Below are positions 47,078 to 55,722 of a stretch of DNA of 64,000 nucleotides, piece by piece. Origin of the DNA: a virus (taxonomy: Duplodnaviria; Caudoviricetes). Made by a program: the position numbers and the translations under genes. The notes under the pieces are model-generated. The model ran no database searches. It was not told where the DNA came from and saw only the letters and a program-made list of their open reading frames with translations. Location of the stretch: positions 28,766 to 92,765 of IMG/VR virus record IMGVR_UViG_3300037067_024922; one strand, written 5' to 3'. Each line of letters begins with the position of its first letter. Positions within the stretch are counted from its first letter, which is position 1.

Positions 47078-48160
47078 ATGTTAGCTACAAGATGCCGCGA
47101 GGCAGCACAATATGAAGGAAAAGGACTCCCGGTTTATGTTCCTCAAGGACTGATAATTCCTTTCAATGGGGTTTCTGTCCCTGAGGGATATGAGAGATTC
47201 GACTCGATGGATAATCGTCAGGTGGTAGGAGCAGGGTCGACCTATGCAGCCAAATCTTCTGGTGGAGCGCAATGCTCAATTTCAAGAACTTCGGCGGTCG
47301 CAGGAGCGCACTCTGGGCAAGGGAATGATTTTATCTTAGCAGGATCATTTTTTGATTGCATATATTCAACAGGTAATGGGCTGTCAGAAAATGGCGGTCA
47401 TTCTCATGGCATAACTGCAAAATATGACCGTGAATATCAGCAACTGATTTTTATTAAAGCAACCGCATATCACACAAAATTTCCTGCTGATGCTATTGTT
47501 CTTGGCAAGACAGCAGCTACTCCTGTCGCAGGCCTTACGCTGTGCTACGACGATGATCTCATTTTAAGATCAGGAGCCGCCATCGCAACGGGAGGAGGCC
47601 TGTCTGCCAAGGTATGTGCTTATGATGGTAATCATATTCACGGCACCATGGATACCAAAACAAATACCAATGAAACAAGTGGTCCAGGAGCTTGGCACGA
47701 TGGTTATGCAGGTCTACACTCCCACGATGTAACGATGGCTATGACCGTCGAGGAAATAAAGAGAACCTATTTAACCGCATGGACGAAGACTTCTGCCTTT
47801 GATGGGGTTGCAGGAATCATTGCGATGTGGGAGGGAGCAAGTCCTCCTCAAGGCTGGCAGCTGTGTGATGGCAACAATGGTACTCTTGATTTGAGAGATT
47901 ACTTTATTATCCTCAGTTCTGCTGCTCATGCCGGTGAACAGCATGATGATGCCAATAGAATTTACATTACAGCATCATTGGATAGTAAAGCCTGGATTCA
48001 TACTCATGGGGCTCTGTGGAGATACCTTGGGCTGAGTGAAGGAGGCTACATTTCTCATAGTCACGGAACTTTTCCTGATGCTCATGGGCATACGTCGGTT
48101 GATGCGTGGCACAATTACACACCGCCGTATTATGCGTTAACATTTATTGAAAAGAAATAG
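47078..48160 (+). CDS. Tail fibre/collar-domain protein with His-x-His motifs
   Basis: PQGLIIPF, GIIAMW...GWQLCDG.NGT.DLRDYF, repeated HxH, PPYYALTFI. Confidence 0.8.
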   Translation: MLATRCREAAQYEGKGLPVYVPQGLIIPFNGVSVPEGYERFDSMDNRQVVGAGSTYAAKSSGGAQCSISRTSAVAGAHSGQGNDFILAGSFFDCIYSTGNGLSENGGHSHGITAKYDREYQQLIFIKATAYHTKFPADAIVLGKTAATPVAGLTLCYDDDLILRSGAAIATGGGLSAKVCAYDGNHIHGTMDTKTNTNETSGPGAWHDGYAGLHSHDVTMAMTVEEIKRTYLTAWTKTSAFDGVAGIIAMWEGASPPQGWQLCDGNNGTLDLRDYFIILSSAAHAGEQHDDANRIYITASLDSKAWIHTHGALWRYLGLSEGGYISHSHGTFPDAHGHTSVDAWHNYTPPYYALTFIEKK

Positions 48161-48174
48161 GGAGGTGCACACTG

Positions 48175-48597
48175 ATGAGCAAAAAAATTATGGTATTCCT
48201 GCTGGTGTTAAATCTGATCCTGATCCTGTTTGCTGTGATTGCATTGGCTGCATCTCTTGATGCTTCAAGCAAAGGAATGTCAGAGCCTGCTATAACGTGG
48301 AATCTTTTTGTGACTCTTGTTGGGATTCCTTCTCTTGCATTCTACATCAAGTACCTCATCAAAAAAAGAGATGAGGCCATTGATGCCAAAACAACAGAGT
48401 GGCAAACTGGAGCAAAGGAAAGACACAATGAATTAAAAACCAGATTGGACAATTTTGAAACTTTTATGAGAGAGGCCTCGGTAGAATTGAACAAAAAAGT
48501 AAATACCGATGACTGTAAGGGTTTGTGTGATGAAAAATGGTTTAGGATCTATCATCACAAACATGATAGTGAAGGCAATGTTGCAGTAACAGGCTAA
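48175..48597 (+). CDS. Membrane protein in lysis module (holin/antiholin-like)
   Basis: Two hydrophobic segments plus coiled coil. Confidence 0.5.
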   Translation: MSKKIMVFLLVLNLILILFAVIALAASLDASSKGMSEPAITWNLFVTLVGIPSLAFYIKYLIKKRDEAIDAKTTEWQTGAKERHNELKTRLDNFETFMREASVELNKKVNTDDCKGLCDEKWFRIYHHKHDSEGNVAVTG

Positions 48598-48613
48598 TTA
48601 AAAAGGAGGCGGT

Positions 48614-48925
48614 ATGTCTGAAAATCCAAAATTTGAATTTGTCCGATATGTCAAGAAAACCAGGATCGAATTGATTATAACTGTGGCCATTATAATCGCG
48701 GTATCTTTATTGATGCCAAAGGAGGCCTTGGTTGGATTCGCATCTCTCATTGCAACAAAGATCTTGACATTGACGATTGGGGTTTCCCTGGCTCATTTAT
48801 TGCGTATCATTGCCTTTCCATATTTGTCTCTTGAGATGATGATCAAAGACAAAAATTATGGCGGAGTAGGCTTTGTGGCTTTGTGGTATGGGTATGTCAT
48901 CTATGCAATCGCAGTTGGTGGATAA
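48614..48925 (+). CDS. Holin-like protein
   Basis: 103 aa, three predicted TM helices, upstream of endolysin. Confidence 0.65.
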   Translation: MSENPKFEFVRYVKKTRIELIITVAIIIAVSLLMPKEALVGFASLIATKILTLTIGVSLAHLLRIIAFPYLSLEMMIKDKNYGGVGFVALWYGYVIYAIAVGG

Positions 48926-48934
48926 GGAGGATAC

Positions 48935-49906
48935 ATGAACAAGCTTCTTAGGGCGTATACGGTACTTGGTAAGAGCGGAATGCACTGTGATTTTGTGGAA
49001 AGAAGTTTTTTCAAAGAGCAGAGTGATTACAATGCTTATTTTGCAAATGCCAAGCCGGGAGATTCGATGCCGTGGGCTGATGGGACCCTGACTATGGGGA
49101 ATAATGGGATCGCGACATATACCGGTCCTGATGGAAATAAACTCTCCTTTTCCCGGAACACCAAATTGTCAGACATTGCCAGTAGGAATTCTTATATCAG
49201 AGCAGCATGGGATGCCAATTATGGTAAGGATTGCCACAGGCTGATTTGCCCTTTTGCGAGCCAAGAGCCGGTGATCATCGGCCATTTCGTTCCTGACAAC
49301 AAAAATATCATTCCTATTTATGATACCGAATCCATTGAAACAGGCATTTGTACATACAGATGGTATCGGGCTTCGCACTTCAGCGTGATTGATCTGATCG
49401 GTAAAGAATTGCAGGCTCAATTCCCTGATCGTAAAGCAAAGAGAATCTCCTTTCTTGACGCCAGTGACATCACCGGAATTTGTCCGCTTCACGCGACCCA
49501 TAATGATTTGATGTGTCTGTCTTTGGACATCCAATATTTTACGATGGGCAATTCCAACCATACTCAGATGTGGAGCCAGGATGACCTTGCCCGTGAAATT
49601 GTTAAAATCTGGGGTGAAGATGGCGAGCTCAATGCAATGTTTGATGCAGAGAGGAATGCTGTTTTTGTTAGGATGTTGGCAGAAGCGTTCCCATATACAT
49701 CAGATGGGGAGCATGGCAACAACCAGATTCTGATGCACAGCAAAATCAGGGCAGCCATTTTGCAATACGCGGAGCGAAATATGACTAAGGAAGATGTAGG
49801 GCTGATTAGAAGGGCAACACGCGATGAAGACACGTCCAGCTATAACCACAATCTCCACATGCATCTCTATGTTGGGGATTCAATAAATTGGGGGATGGCA
49901 ATTTGA
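48935..49906 (+). CDS. Putative MepA/LAS-type metallo-endopeptidase
   Basis: LHATH...LDI and HNLHMH resemble MepA-family Zn ligands; lysis context. Confidence 0.5.
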   Translation: MNKLLRAYTVLGKSGMHCDFVERSFFKEQSDYNAYFANAKPGDSMPWADGTLTMGNNGIATYTGPDGNKLSFSRNTKLSDIASRNSYIRAAWDANYGKDCHRLICPFASQEPVIIGHFVPDNKNIIPIYDTESIETGICTYRWYRASHFSVIDLIGKELQAQFPDRKAKRISFLDASDITGICPLHATHNDLMCLSLDIQYFTMGNSNHTQMWSQDDLAREIVKIWGEDGELNAMFDAERNAVFVRMLAEAFPYTSDGEHGNNQILMHSKIRAAILQYAERNMTKEDVGLIRRATRDEDTSSYNHNLHMHLYVGDSINWGMAI

Positions 49907-50499
49907 GAACAGGACTGTTTTACATCTTCGTTGCTTTGTGGCTTGTGATCGTCCCTTCTATTTCTCAGGCGACGGATCGGTGCATTTCATTTATCAAGGA
50001 TGTCCGCACGGAGCATATCAAATACTTTGGCTGGGCCTATCCTTGGTGGTATGGGGTTGGGCAATTAAGGCAAGAATCCTGTTGCAGAGCAACGGTGACC
50101 TCTTTTGATGCAGGACAAGGCATTGCCCAATTTATGCCTAAGACCAGTCAGTACATTCAATCTTTGATGGGCGAGAAACTTGATCCCTACAATCCAAAAC
50201 ATGCGATCAGGATGCAGGCGTTTTATATGCATCGGATTCACATGAAAGAAAATTGGACAAAGAAACTTTGGATTGACGAGCAAATTTACAATGGGGGAAG
50301 AACAACCTTGTTTTCAGAGTATCGAAGAGCAGGCGTGACAGACTGGGATTTGATGAGATTATCTTGTGAAAGGAAAAAGATCAAACTAAAAAGTGGAAGC
50401 ATACTCGATTTTTGCAAAGTGAATTATGACTACAGCAAAAAGATTTACGAGTATGGGAAGCAATATCGACGTGGCCCTGATGGCATATCATTTTGGTGA
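49888..50499 (+). CDS. Endolysin, SLT-like lytic transglycosylase with N-terminal signal or anchor
   Basis: QES, GQGIAQFMPKT, YNGG. Confidence 0.85.
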   Translation: MGDGNLRTGLFYIFVALWLVIVPSISQATDRCISFIKDVRTEHIKYFGWAYPWWYGVGQLRQESCCRATVTSFDAGQGIAQFMPKTSQYIQSLMGEKLDPYNPKHAIRMQAFYMHRIHMKENWTKKLWIDEQIYNGGRTTLFSEYRRAGVTDWDLMRLSCERKKIKLKSGSILDFCKVNYDYSKKIYEYGKQYRRGPDGISFW

Positions 50500-50514
50500 A
50501 GGAGGAAAGAGACT

Positions 50515-50712
50515 ATGTTAGGAAATATCATTTGGTTTGTGGCGGGCATGGTGGTCATGGTAATTGTCGGATTCTTTGTTATCAAAAATAACAAAGCAAA
50601 ATTCCTTACTCTCCTGGACAAGGCTATCGAGGAGGTTGTCTCATCTGGCATCGAGACAAGGACATCGCAAGCTATTGATGGTGTCGTCAAAAAGATCAAG
50701 GCCAGATTATAG
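50515..50712 (+). CDS. Small membrane protein
   Basis: AAGGAGG RBS; N-terminal TM helix. Confidence 0.55.
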   Translation: MLGNIIWFVAGMVVMVIVGFFVIKNNKAKFLTLLDKAIEEVVSSGIETRTSQAIDGVVKKIKARL

Positions 50713-50721
50713 GGAGGAGTT

Positions 50722-51120
50722 ATGGCAATCACAATGACGTGGAAAAGGTGGGCGATTTTGGTGGCAATTGTTTTAGCCATTACGGTTGGCCTTCATATTT
50801 GCTGGCCGTCAAAATCAAATATCAATACAAATCAGACGCAGGTTGATTTGTTGACGGCACAGGCAACCAAGGATCAGCAGGCTATTGCCGATAAGGATAA
50901 AAAGATAACCGATCTAAAAAACCGATTGGCGGTGTCCGAAGCCAAATACAAAATATTAGTGGTGAAATATGCAGAACTTCAAAAAGAGAAGGAAAATGTC
51001 CAGCCGGCAAAAGATATGCAAGAACTTATTGCTCGCTTTATTTCTGTTGGCTATACTCCTGCTCCCTGTACCATGTGTGGCGCAGGAGTCATCTGTTTTG
51101 ACACAGGCTACAGCCAATAG
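50722..51120 (+). CDS. Inner-membrane spanin-like (Rz-like) protein
   Basis: N-terminal TM helix plus coiled coil, after endolysin. Confidence 0.6.
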   Translation: MAITMTWKRWAILVAIVLAITVGLHICWPSKSNINTNQTQVDLLTAQATKDQQAIADKDKKITDLKNRLAVSEAKYKILVVKYAELQKEKENVQPAKDMQELIARFISVGYTPAPCTMCGAGVICFDTGYSQ

Positions 51121-51424
51121 GATGCTGATTGCCTTAGAGCAGGCAAAGATAGTAGAGCAACAGCTTGCAAATTCTTCTGTGGAGCAAAGTGCAGAGCTTC
51201 AGAAACAATTAGAGATTGTCCGTGAAAATGTCAAGTTCATGGAAGAGCAAATTGAGATTTACAAAGGTTTGCTGGTAACAGCCAAGACCATGCAGGAAAT
51301 GAAGGATAAGGTCTGCGCCGAGGAGATCGATAAGGCAACACCTTCTTTTTGGGACAATCTGCAAAAGTATCTTGCCGGCGTAGGCATAGGCGGGATTTTG
51401 GTTGGTGTGATCACATTGCTTTGA
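50996..51424 (+). CDS. Overlapping spanin-partner-like protein
   Basis: Overlaps the Rz-like gene; signal peptide, coiled coil, C-terminal TM helix. Confidence 0.55.
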   Translation: MSSRQKICKNLLLALFLLAILLLPVPCVAQESSVLTQATANRMLIALEQAKIVEQQLANSSVEQSAELQKQLEIVRENVKFMEEQIEIYKGLLVTAKTMQEMKDKVCAEEIDKATPSFWDNLQKYLAGVGIGGILVGVITLL

Positions 51425-51457
51425 TCCGGGTAAATACTAATAAGGAGGTTGGATAAT

Positions 51458-52144
51458 ATGAAAACATTGCTTGATGCAGTAATCGCCGCAGGAGCCGGTG
51501 CACCGGAGCAACTTGAATGTCCGAAATCAGAGCATGCCCTTGAAATATCATCTTCCACGATGATAAGCACGGACACTTTGGTTATCTGCTTGAAAGGGAG
51601 TCTCACGGGAGGAATATGGTCAACCCTTTCTACTACGACCTTCGTTGCTGCTGATTTTGTTGCAGGAGGCAGGCTGGTTTTTGTAACAGGAAAACTCGTT
51701 GAAAGGGTCAGGGCAGACATCACCTCTTATGAATCTGGCCATTCATCGAGAGGCACCTTGACAATTACGGGAACCCTTGCTTCTGGAAATGCGGTAACGA
51801 TCGGCACAAAGGTTTATAAGTTTGGGACTACGCCGGCAACAGCAGAAGGCTCCGTACAGATAGGAGGCACCACCGCAACATCAATTCAAAATCTGAGCCT
51901 TGCCATGACGCTTGGAGCTGGGGCAGGTGTAAAATACACATGCGCGGCATCTCATCCTTCTGCAACGATATGCACATTGGCAGCAGGTACTCTGATTGTC
52001 AGGGCAAGGACAAAAGGGGAAGCAGGAGATTCAATCGTTTCTTCAGCAACTGGAGCAAGCTTGAATTTTGGGCAAGCAAATCTCGTCGGAGGAATAGACT
52101 GCGGACAGGTGACGGTAAATTATACTCCGTTCCCCAACAGATAA
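51458..52144 (+). CDS. Thr/Ala/Gly-rich putative virion protein
   Basis: TAAGGAGG RBS; GTLTITG...VTIGTKVYKF...LVGG pattern seen in virion accessory domains. Confidence 0.55.
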   Translation: MKTLLDAVIAAGAGAPEQLECPKSEHALEISSSTMISTDTLVICLKGSLTGGIWSTLSTTTFVAADFVAGGRLVFVTGKLVERVRADITSYESGHSSRGTLTITGTLASGNAVTIGTKVYKFGTTPATAEGSVQIGGTTATSIQNLSLAMTLGAGAGVKYTCAASHPSATICTLAAGTLIVRARTKGEAGDSIVSSATGASLNFGQANLVGGIDCGQVTVNYTPFPNR

Positions 52145-52187
52145 TTTGCCCGCTACTTGGATGTCTCGGCCCATCCAAGCGGCTTTC

Positions 52188-52229
52188 TCCCGCCAGGGTT
52201 TCGTCCTCCTCCCTGGCGGGATTTATATT
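52188..52229 (+). terminator. Terminator ending the late operon
   Basis: TCCCGCCAGGG/CCCTGGCGGGA stem followed by TTTATATT. Confidence 0.7.
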
Positions 52230-52611
52230 CTTCCAGCGGATTGTTAGAAAGCCTGTGATCATCCAATTCTGGCGGTTTGAACAAGGCAGTTTTTGGCCGT
52301 CACGTCTCTTTAGATTTACTCCAGAAATAGATCTTTTTTTCTATTAGATATCCTTAGATTCACTGTATTTTTAAAAAATCGAATGAATTTGCCAAAGTAT
52401 TCAATAGGTTTTAGAAACGCGTTCCGGCCTTGCGATAACCTCTTAATTGTATTGGTTTATTGATTTGAGATGCCTCTCTCCTTTGATCATTATAAGTTCA
52501 AGCCGTGATTCCCCGGTTTTCATGTGATTCAGGCTGAAATAGCCAAAATAAATCTTGCCACCTAACTGGCTGTATCCTCTGGTTTTTTAAAAATATTTTA
52601 AAAAATCTCTG

Positions 52612-52648
52612 TTGAAAGGCTTGACAATATACCGTATTCTTTTAAACT
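52612..52648 (+). promoter_or_regulatory. Sigma70-type early promoter(s)
   Basis: TTGAAA-N17-TATTCT and overlapping TTGACA-N16-TAAACT, with an AT-rich UP-like tract upstream. Confidence 0.7.
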
Positions 52649-52664
52649 GAGGCAAAATTTAATC

Positions 52665-52676
52665 GTTCATTGACAA
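52665..52676 (+). promoter_or_regulatory. boxA-like antitermination element
   Basis: GTTCATTGACAA just downstream of the promoter; similar to rrn boxA GCTCTTTAACAA. Confidence 0.45.
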
Positions 52677-52679
52677 TAA

Positions 52680-53070
52680 GGCAGATTTCACTCCACAAAC
52701 ACGGAGGGGCCGAAGGCAAGCCATTTGGCACGGTAAGGATCCGGGAAAATCCGAAAATAGAGAGGCAAGCACTTGGGGTTAGTCCAAGGAGAGGCCCAGT
52801 CCAATGTCAAGATGGCAAGCCACGGCATTGGTTATCAAGATGAAGCTCTTGAGGCCATTCAAGGAATCAAAATCATTTCCAGACACGTTCGCTGAACACG
52901 GTGGGAGCCGTTATGAACGTCAACCAGCCTATTGAGAGTAGGCAGTGATTTTGAGCGTCGCATACGTTAGGCTTGAAACCTTGTCGCCAAGAAGGACGGC
53001 GTGAACCTTCAGATAACGAATAAGTCCTTCCCATCAGCGTAAGTTGGTGGGTTGGCTCGTAGTCGTTATC
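52680..53070 (+). ncRNA. Large structured non-coding RNA or leader of unknown class
   Basis: No ORF of 60 aa or more; GC-richer than flanks; more than 10 helices identifiable by eye, nested multiloops, GNRA loops. Confidence 0.65.
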
Positions 53071-53103
53071 AAAAAAATTAACCCTTAATTAGAAAAGGAG
53101 AAT

Positions 53104-53295
53104 GTGATGTTAAAAATCAATGAAAAGAAATTCAAAGTTGTAAAAGGGATGGTAATTTCGAGAGTGAAAATTGAAGGAAGATTTGAATTCAATGTCTACA
53201 CGAAAGACGAATGGTCAATGGGCAAAGGATTCAGAACACCAGAGTTTGAAGGATGTGGTTTAGAAGAAGCCATTTCGCAGGCTCAGAATTATTAA
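53104..53295 (+). CDS. Early hypothetical protein
   Basis: AAAGGAG RBS. Confidence 0.6.
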   Translation: MMLKINEKKFKVVKGMVISRVKIEGRFEFNVYTKDEWSMGKGFRTPEFEGCGLEEAISQAQNY

Positions 53296-53306
53296 GGAGG
53301 TGCCAA

Positions 53307-53513
53307 ATGTACTTGATCCACGAGTCGTCAATAAAGCATACGAACGGGATAATAGAGATCAGCGTAGTTGTTGTAAATGGGAAGAAAGATTTTAAAAGAT
53401 ACACATATAATCTTTCATCGCAAAAGGCGGCAGAAACCTTCCATTTGTTATACCGTAAGGGAAATAAGTGCCATGGCAAGGCACTATCAATCCTTAACAA
53501 ATTCAAAATCTAA
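53307..53513 (+). CDS. Early hypothetical protein
   Basis: TAAGGAGGT RBS. Confidence 0.6.
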   Translation: MYLIHESSIKHTNGIIEISVVVVNGKKDFKRYTYNLSSQKAAETFHLLYRKGNKCHGKALSILNKFKI

Positions 53514-53536
53514 TCTATCTTTGAAAGGAGAATGAC

Positions 53537-53737
53537 ATGAGAAAGCCGAATCATCATAATCGTTACAGAGAAATCAGACCTGTCGGAAATAAAGGGGTGT
53601 GGCAATATATCGAAAGATCAAGAAAAACAGACCGAGTTTTGAGAGTATTATTGACGACGCATGATGGATATGATGCTATTCAGGCGCAGCGGAAGGGATG
53701 GGAAGAAGGAGAAAAAGAGTTGGGACATAAAGTTTGA
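53537..53737 (+). CDS. Early hypothetical protein
   Basis: AAAGGAG RBS. Confidence 0.6.
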   Translation: MRKPNHHNRYREIRPVGNKGVWQYIERSRKTDRVLRVLLTTHDGYDAIQAQRKGWEEGEKELGHKV

Positions 53738-53760
53738 TATTAACCGAAAGGAGAATGATC

Positions 53761-54396
53761 ATGACAAAAGAACAAGCACGCGCATTAAAGGCAGGACAGG
53801 AAGTTTTGGTGAAGGTCAACGACAAATGGGTTCTGGGATTTAGAAATTTCAATTCCAAATGTAAACCGAACTCATTACCGATGATCGTCAAATATGATGC
53901 GGCGGGATCAGTTAACTCGTTAAAGACCATCGATGTCGGGTATGCGAATATTCGCTCCCTGAGCGAAAAGCCTTTCATTGAAGAAGAGGAGCGGGCAGTG
54001 GTGGAAAGGGAAAAGACTTTTTCCCGGCAGTACTTTCTGGAGTGGCTTCGTAAGGCAAAGATAGAATACGAAGCAGTAATTGTCACATTCCAGGCCGACA
54101 TTGCGAAAGATCCGGAATATGCAATCAGATGGAGCAGCGCCAATGTGATCATAGCCAAATGGAATTATGTCCATTGCGAAATGATTCTCAGGGGCATTGA
54201 GAAAAACCTCGAAAAACTTTGGCCTGTCCTTGAGGAAGTCCGGAATGATGCAATCAGGATACAACTCCAGTGGTCATCTTCAAATTCGACCTGCAAATGG
54301 ACAAATGCTGTGGAAGAGGCCAATGCCCTTGCAAGAACGAGATGGATCCAAGGATCTGATTTTTATCTCAGGAGCCTCAAGAAATTCGATATCTGA
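53761..54396 (+). CDS. Early hypothetical protein
   Basis: AAAGGAG RBS; 211 aa. Confidence 0.65.
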   Translation: MTKEQARALKAGQEVLVKVNDKWVLGFRNFNSKCKPNSLPMIVKYDAAGSVNSLKTIDVGYANIRSLSEKPFIEEEERAVVEREKTFSRQYFLEWLRKAKIEYEAVIVTFQADIAKDPEYAIRWSSANVIIAKWNYVHCEMILRGIEKNLEKLWPVLEEVRNDAIRIQLQWSSSNSTCKWTNAVEEANALARTRWIQGSDFYLRSLKKFDI

Positions 54397-54400
54397 TCAA

Positions 54401-54464
54401 GGCCGAAACCGAATGATTGAAAGGAGCATTCGGTCTGCTGGTTGTGCCAGCACTGATGATGGCC
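54401..54464 (+). ncRNA. Hammerhead ribozyme, type II
   Basis: GGCC-GAAA-CCGAATG[ATTGAAAGGAG]CATTCGG-TC-TGCTGG[TTGTG]CCAGCA-CTGATGA-T-GGCC: full core, three stems, GUC triplet, cleavage after 54435; intergenic. Confidence 0.92.
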
Positions 54465-54485
54465 AAATAAAATTGAAGGGAGAAT

Positions 54486-54596
54486 ATGATCATGGAAGTT
54501 TTATTTGCATGTATATTGGCGGCGATACTGATTCAAACAACCATCTTTTTAAGAGTGGCAACAATAGGCCACAGATCAAAGGAGATTATAATATGA
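54486..54596 (+). CDS. 36-aa hydrophobic peptide, absent from the ORF track
   Basis: AAGGGAG RBS; MIMEVLFACILAAILIQTTIFLRVATIGHRSKEIII. Confidence 0.5.
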   Translation: MIMEVLFACILAAILIQTTIFLRVATIGHRSKEIII

Positions 54597-54769
54597 TCAA
54601 GTGGAAGACAAATGATAAGGTTAAGGTGGTCCTGTTAGGCGATAGTCATTTTGGTGAGATAGGCACCATTGATGATGTTATGGTGCTTGGTATCTGTGTC
54701 AAATTCGATGACGATTCCAGACAGATTTACAAGAAAAATGGGGAGTTGATTAAGCAGCAAAACAACTAA
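54593..54769 (+). CDS. Small KOW/SH3-like protein
   Basis: AAAGGAG RBS; DKVKV...GEIGTI...VKFDD. Confidence 0.55.
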   Translation: MIKWKTNDKVKVVLLGDSHFGEIGTIDDVMVLGICVKFDDDSRQIYKKNGELIKQQNN

Positions 54770-54790
54770 AATGAAAAGGAGGAAGTGAAG

Positions 54791-55666
54791 ATGACAGAGC
54801 GTAAAAAGAGTATTAAGGAAAAAGCGGTATTGGTGAAGCTGAATTTCAGGAATGGCGTAGGGTTTACAGTCACTGATAACCCCGTGACTGAAGAAGTGGC
54901 GGTGAATCACAAGACTCCGAAAGCAGGGCGGTACGTAAAGACCTTATTTAAGAGAGAAAATCTCCAGGCAATTTTTGATGCTGAGAATATTGCCAAGTTA
55001 GCTCACGCGAAATATACGTTGCCTTGGCTCGATTCGGGAATAAGGATTCTCCCTGTCGCGATGTTCGACAAATACAATGAGGCCTTAAGTAAGGCGGTGA
55101 CAGCGTATGATTCTGCTGTGGCGGTGTTTGCTGACCGATATGATGAAATCATGGCCGAGAACAAGGAGAGGTTGAGAGAAATGTTCAATAAGAGTGATTA
55201 TCCTCCAGCCTCTTATGTCAAAACTGGTTTCAAACTGTCGGTCAGTTATTTCCCAATTCTCGACAAGGATGATTTTAGAATTGATGCATCAGAGGCGATA
55301 ATCGAAGGCTTTAAAGATCAATACGTGAAGGATATGAAGGCGTATGAGATGAACGCCACGACTGATGTTGCCAAAAGGCTTGGGGATTCGATGGCTCGAT
55401 TTGTCACCAAGTTGAGCACTGCAGACAAGAAAATCACCGACAATGCTCTCTTAAAACTTTCTGAGCTCCTCAAAGATCTCAAGGGGCTGAACGTGATGGG
55501 TGACAAGAACATCACGGCGGCAATCAAAGAGGTCGAAATGAATTTCTCCAAAGAGACAGCAGAGGCATTCAATACCAATACTGAATACCGCGCTAAGAAG
55601 AAGGCGGCAGCTGTCGCCATTGTCCGTAGTTTGGAAACGAATTTTCCAAGAGCGTTAGAGTTTTAA
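54791..55666 (+). CDS. DUF3150-like phage protein
   Basis: AVLVKL, GRYVKTL, YTLPWLDSGIRILP, MFNKSDYP, DFRI. Confidence 0.65.
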   Translation: MTERKKSIKEKAVLVKLNFRNGVGFTVTDNPVTEEVAVNHKTPKAGRYVKTLFKRENLQAIFDAENIAKLAHAKYTLPWLDSGIRILPVAMFDKYNEALSKAVTAYDSAVAVFADRYDEIMAENKERLREMFNKSDYPPASYVKTGFKLSVSYFPILDKDDFRIDASEAIIEGFKDQYVKDMKAYEMNATTDVAKRLGDSMARFVTKLSTADKKITDNALLKLSELLKDLKGLNVMGDKNITAAIKEVEMNFSKETAEAFNTNTEYRAKKKAAAVAIVRSLETNFPRALEF

Positions 55667-55667
55667 C

Positions 55668-55722
55668 CCACTGATGAGCTGATGAAACTTCAGCGAAATC
55701 CCCGTAGGAGGCGGGGATATGG
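55668..55722 (+). ncRNA. Hammerhead ribozyme, type I with short stem I
   Basis: CCA-CTGATGA-GCTGA[TGAAACT]TCAGC-GAAA-TCCCCG[TAGGAGG]CGGGGA-TA-TGG; AUA triplet, cleavage after 55719; starts 1 nt after a stop codon. Confidence 0.85.

Noticed and set aside
44669-48160. Diversity-generating retroelement, suggested by the BPP-1-like capsid
   Set aside because: No reverse transcriptase ORF and no adenine-variable repeat pair found by eye
52350-52610. Replication origin or attachment site in the AT-rich gap
   Set aside because: Only an AT-rich palindrome (~52584-52605); no iterons, and no integrase in the window to support the call
52919-52970. HEARO/omega RNA similarity (ACCAGCCT...TACGTTA)
   Set aside because: Only short word matches with a different helix arrangement, and no IscB or HNH gene downstream
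54197-54592. N-terminal extension of the 190-aa ORF 54197..54769
   Set aside because: It overlaps another gene and the hammerhead; the RBS supports a start at 54593
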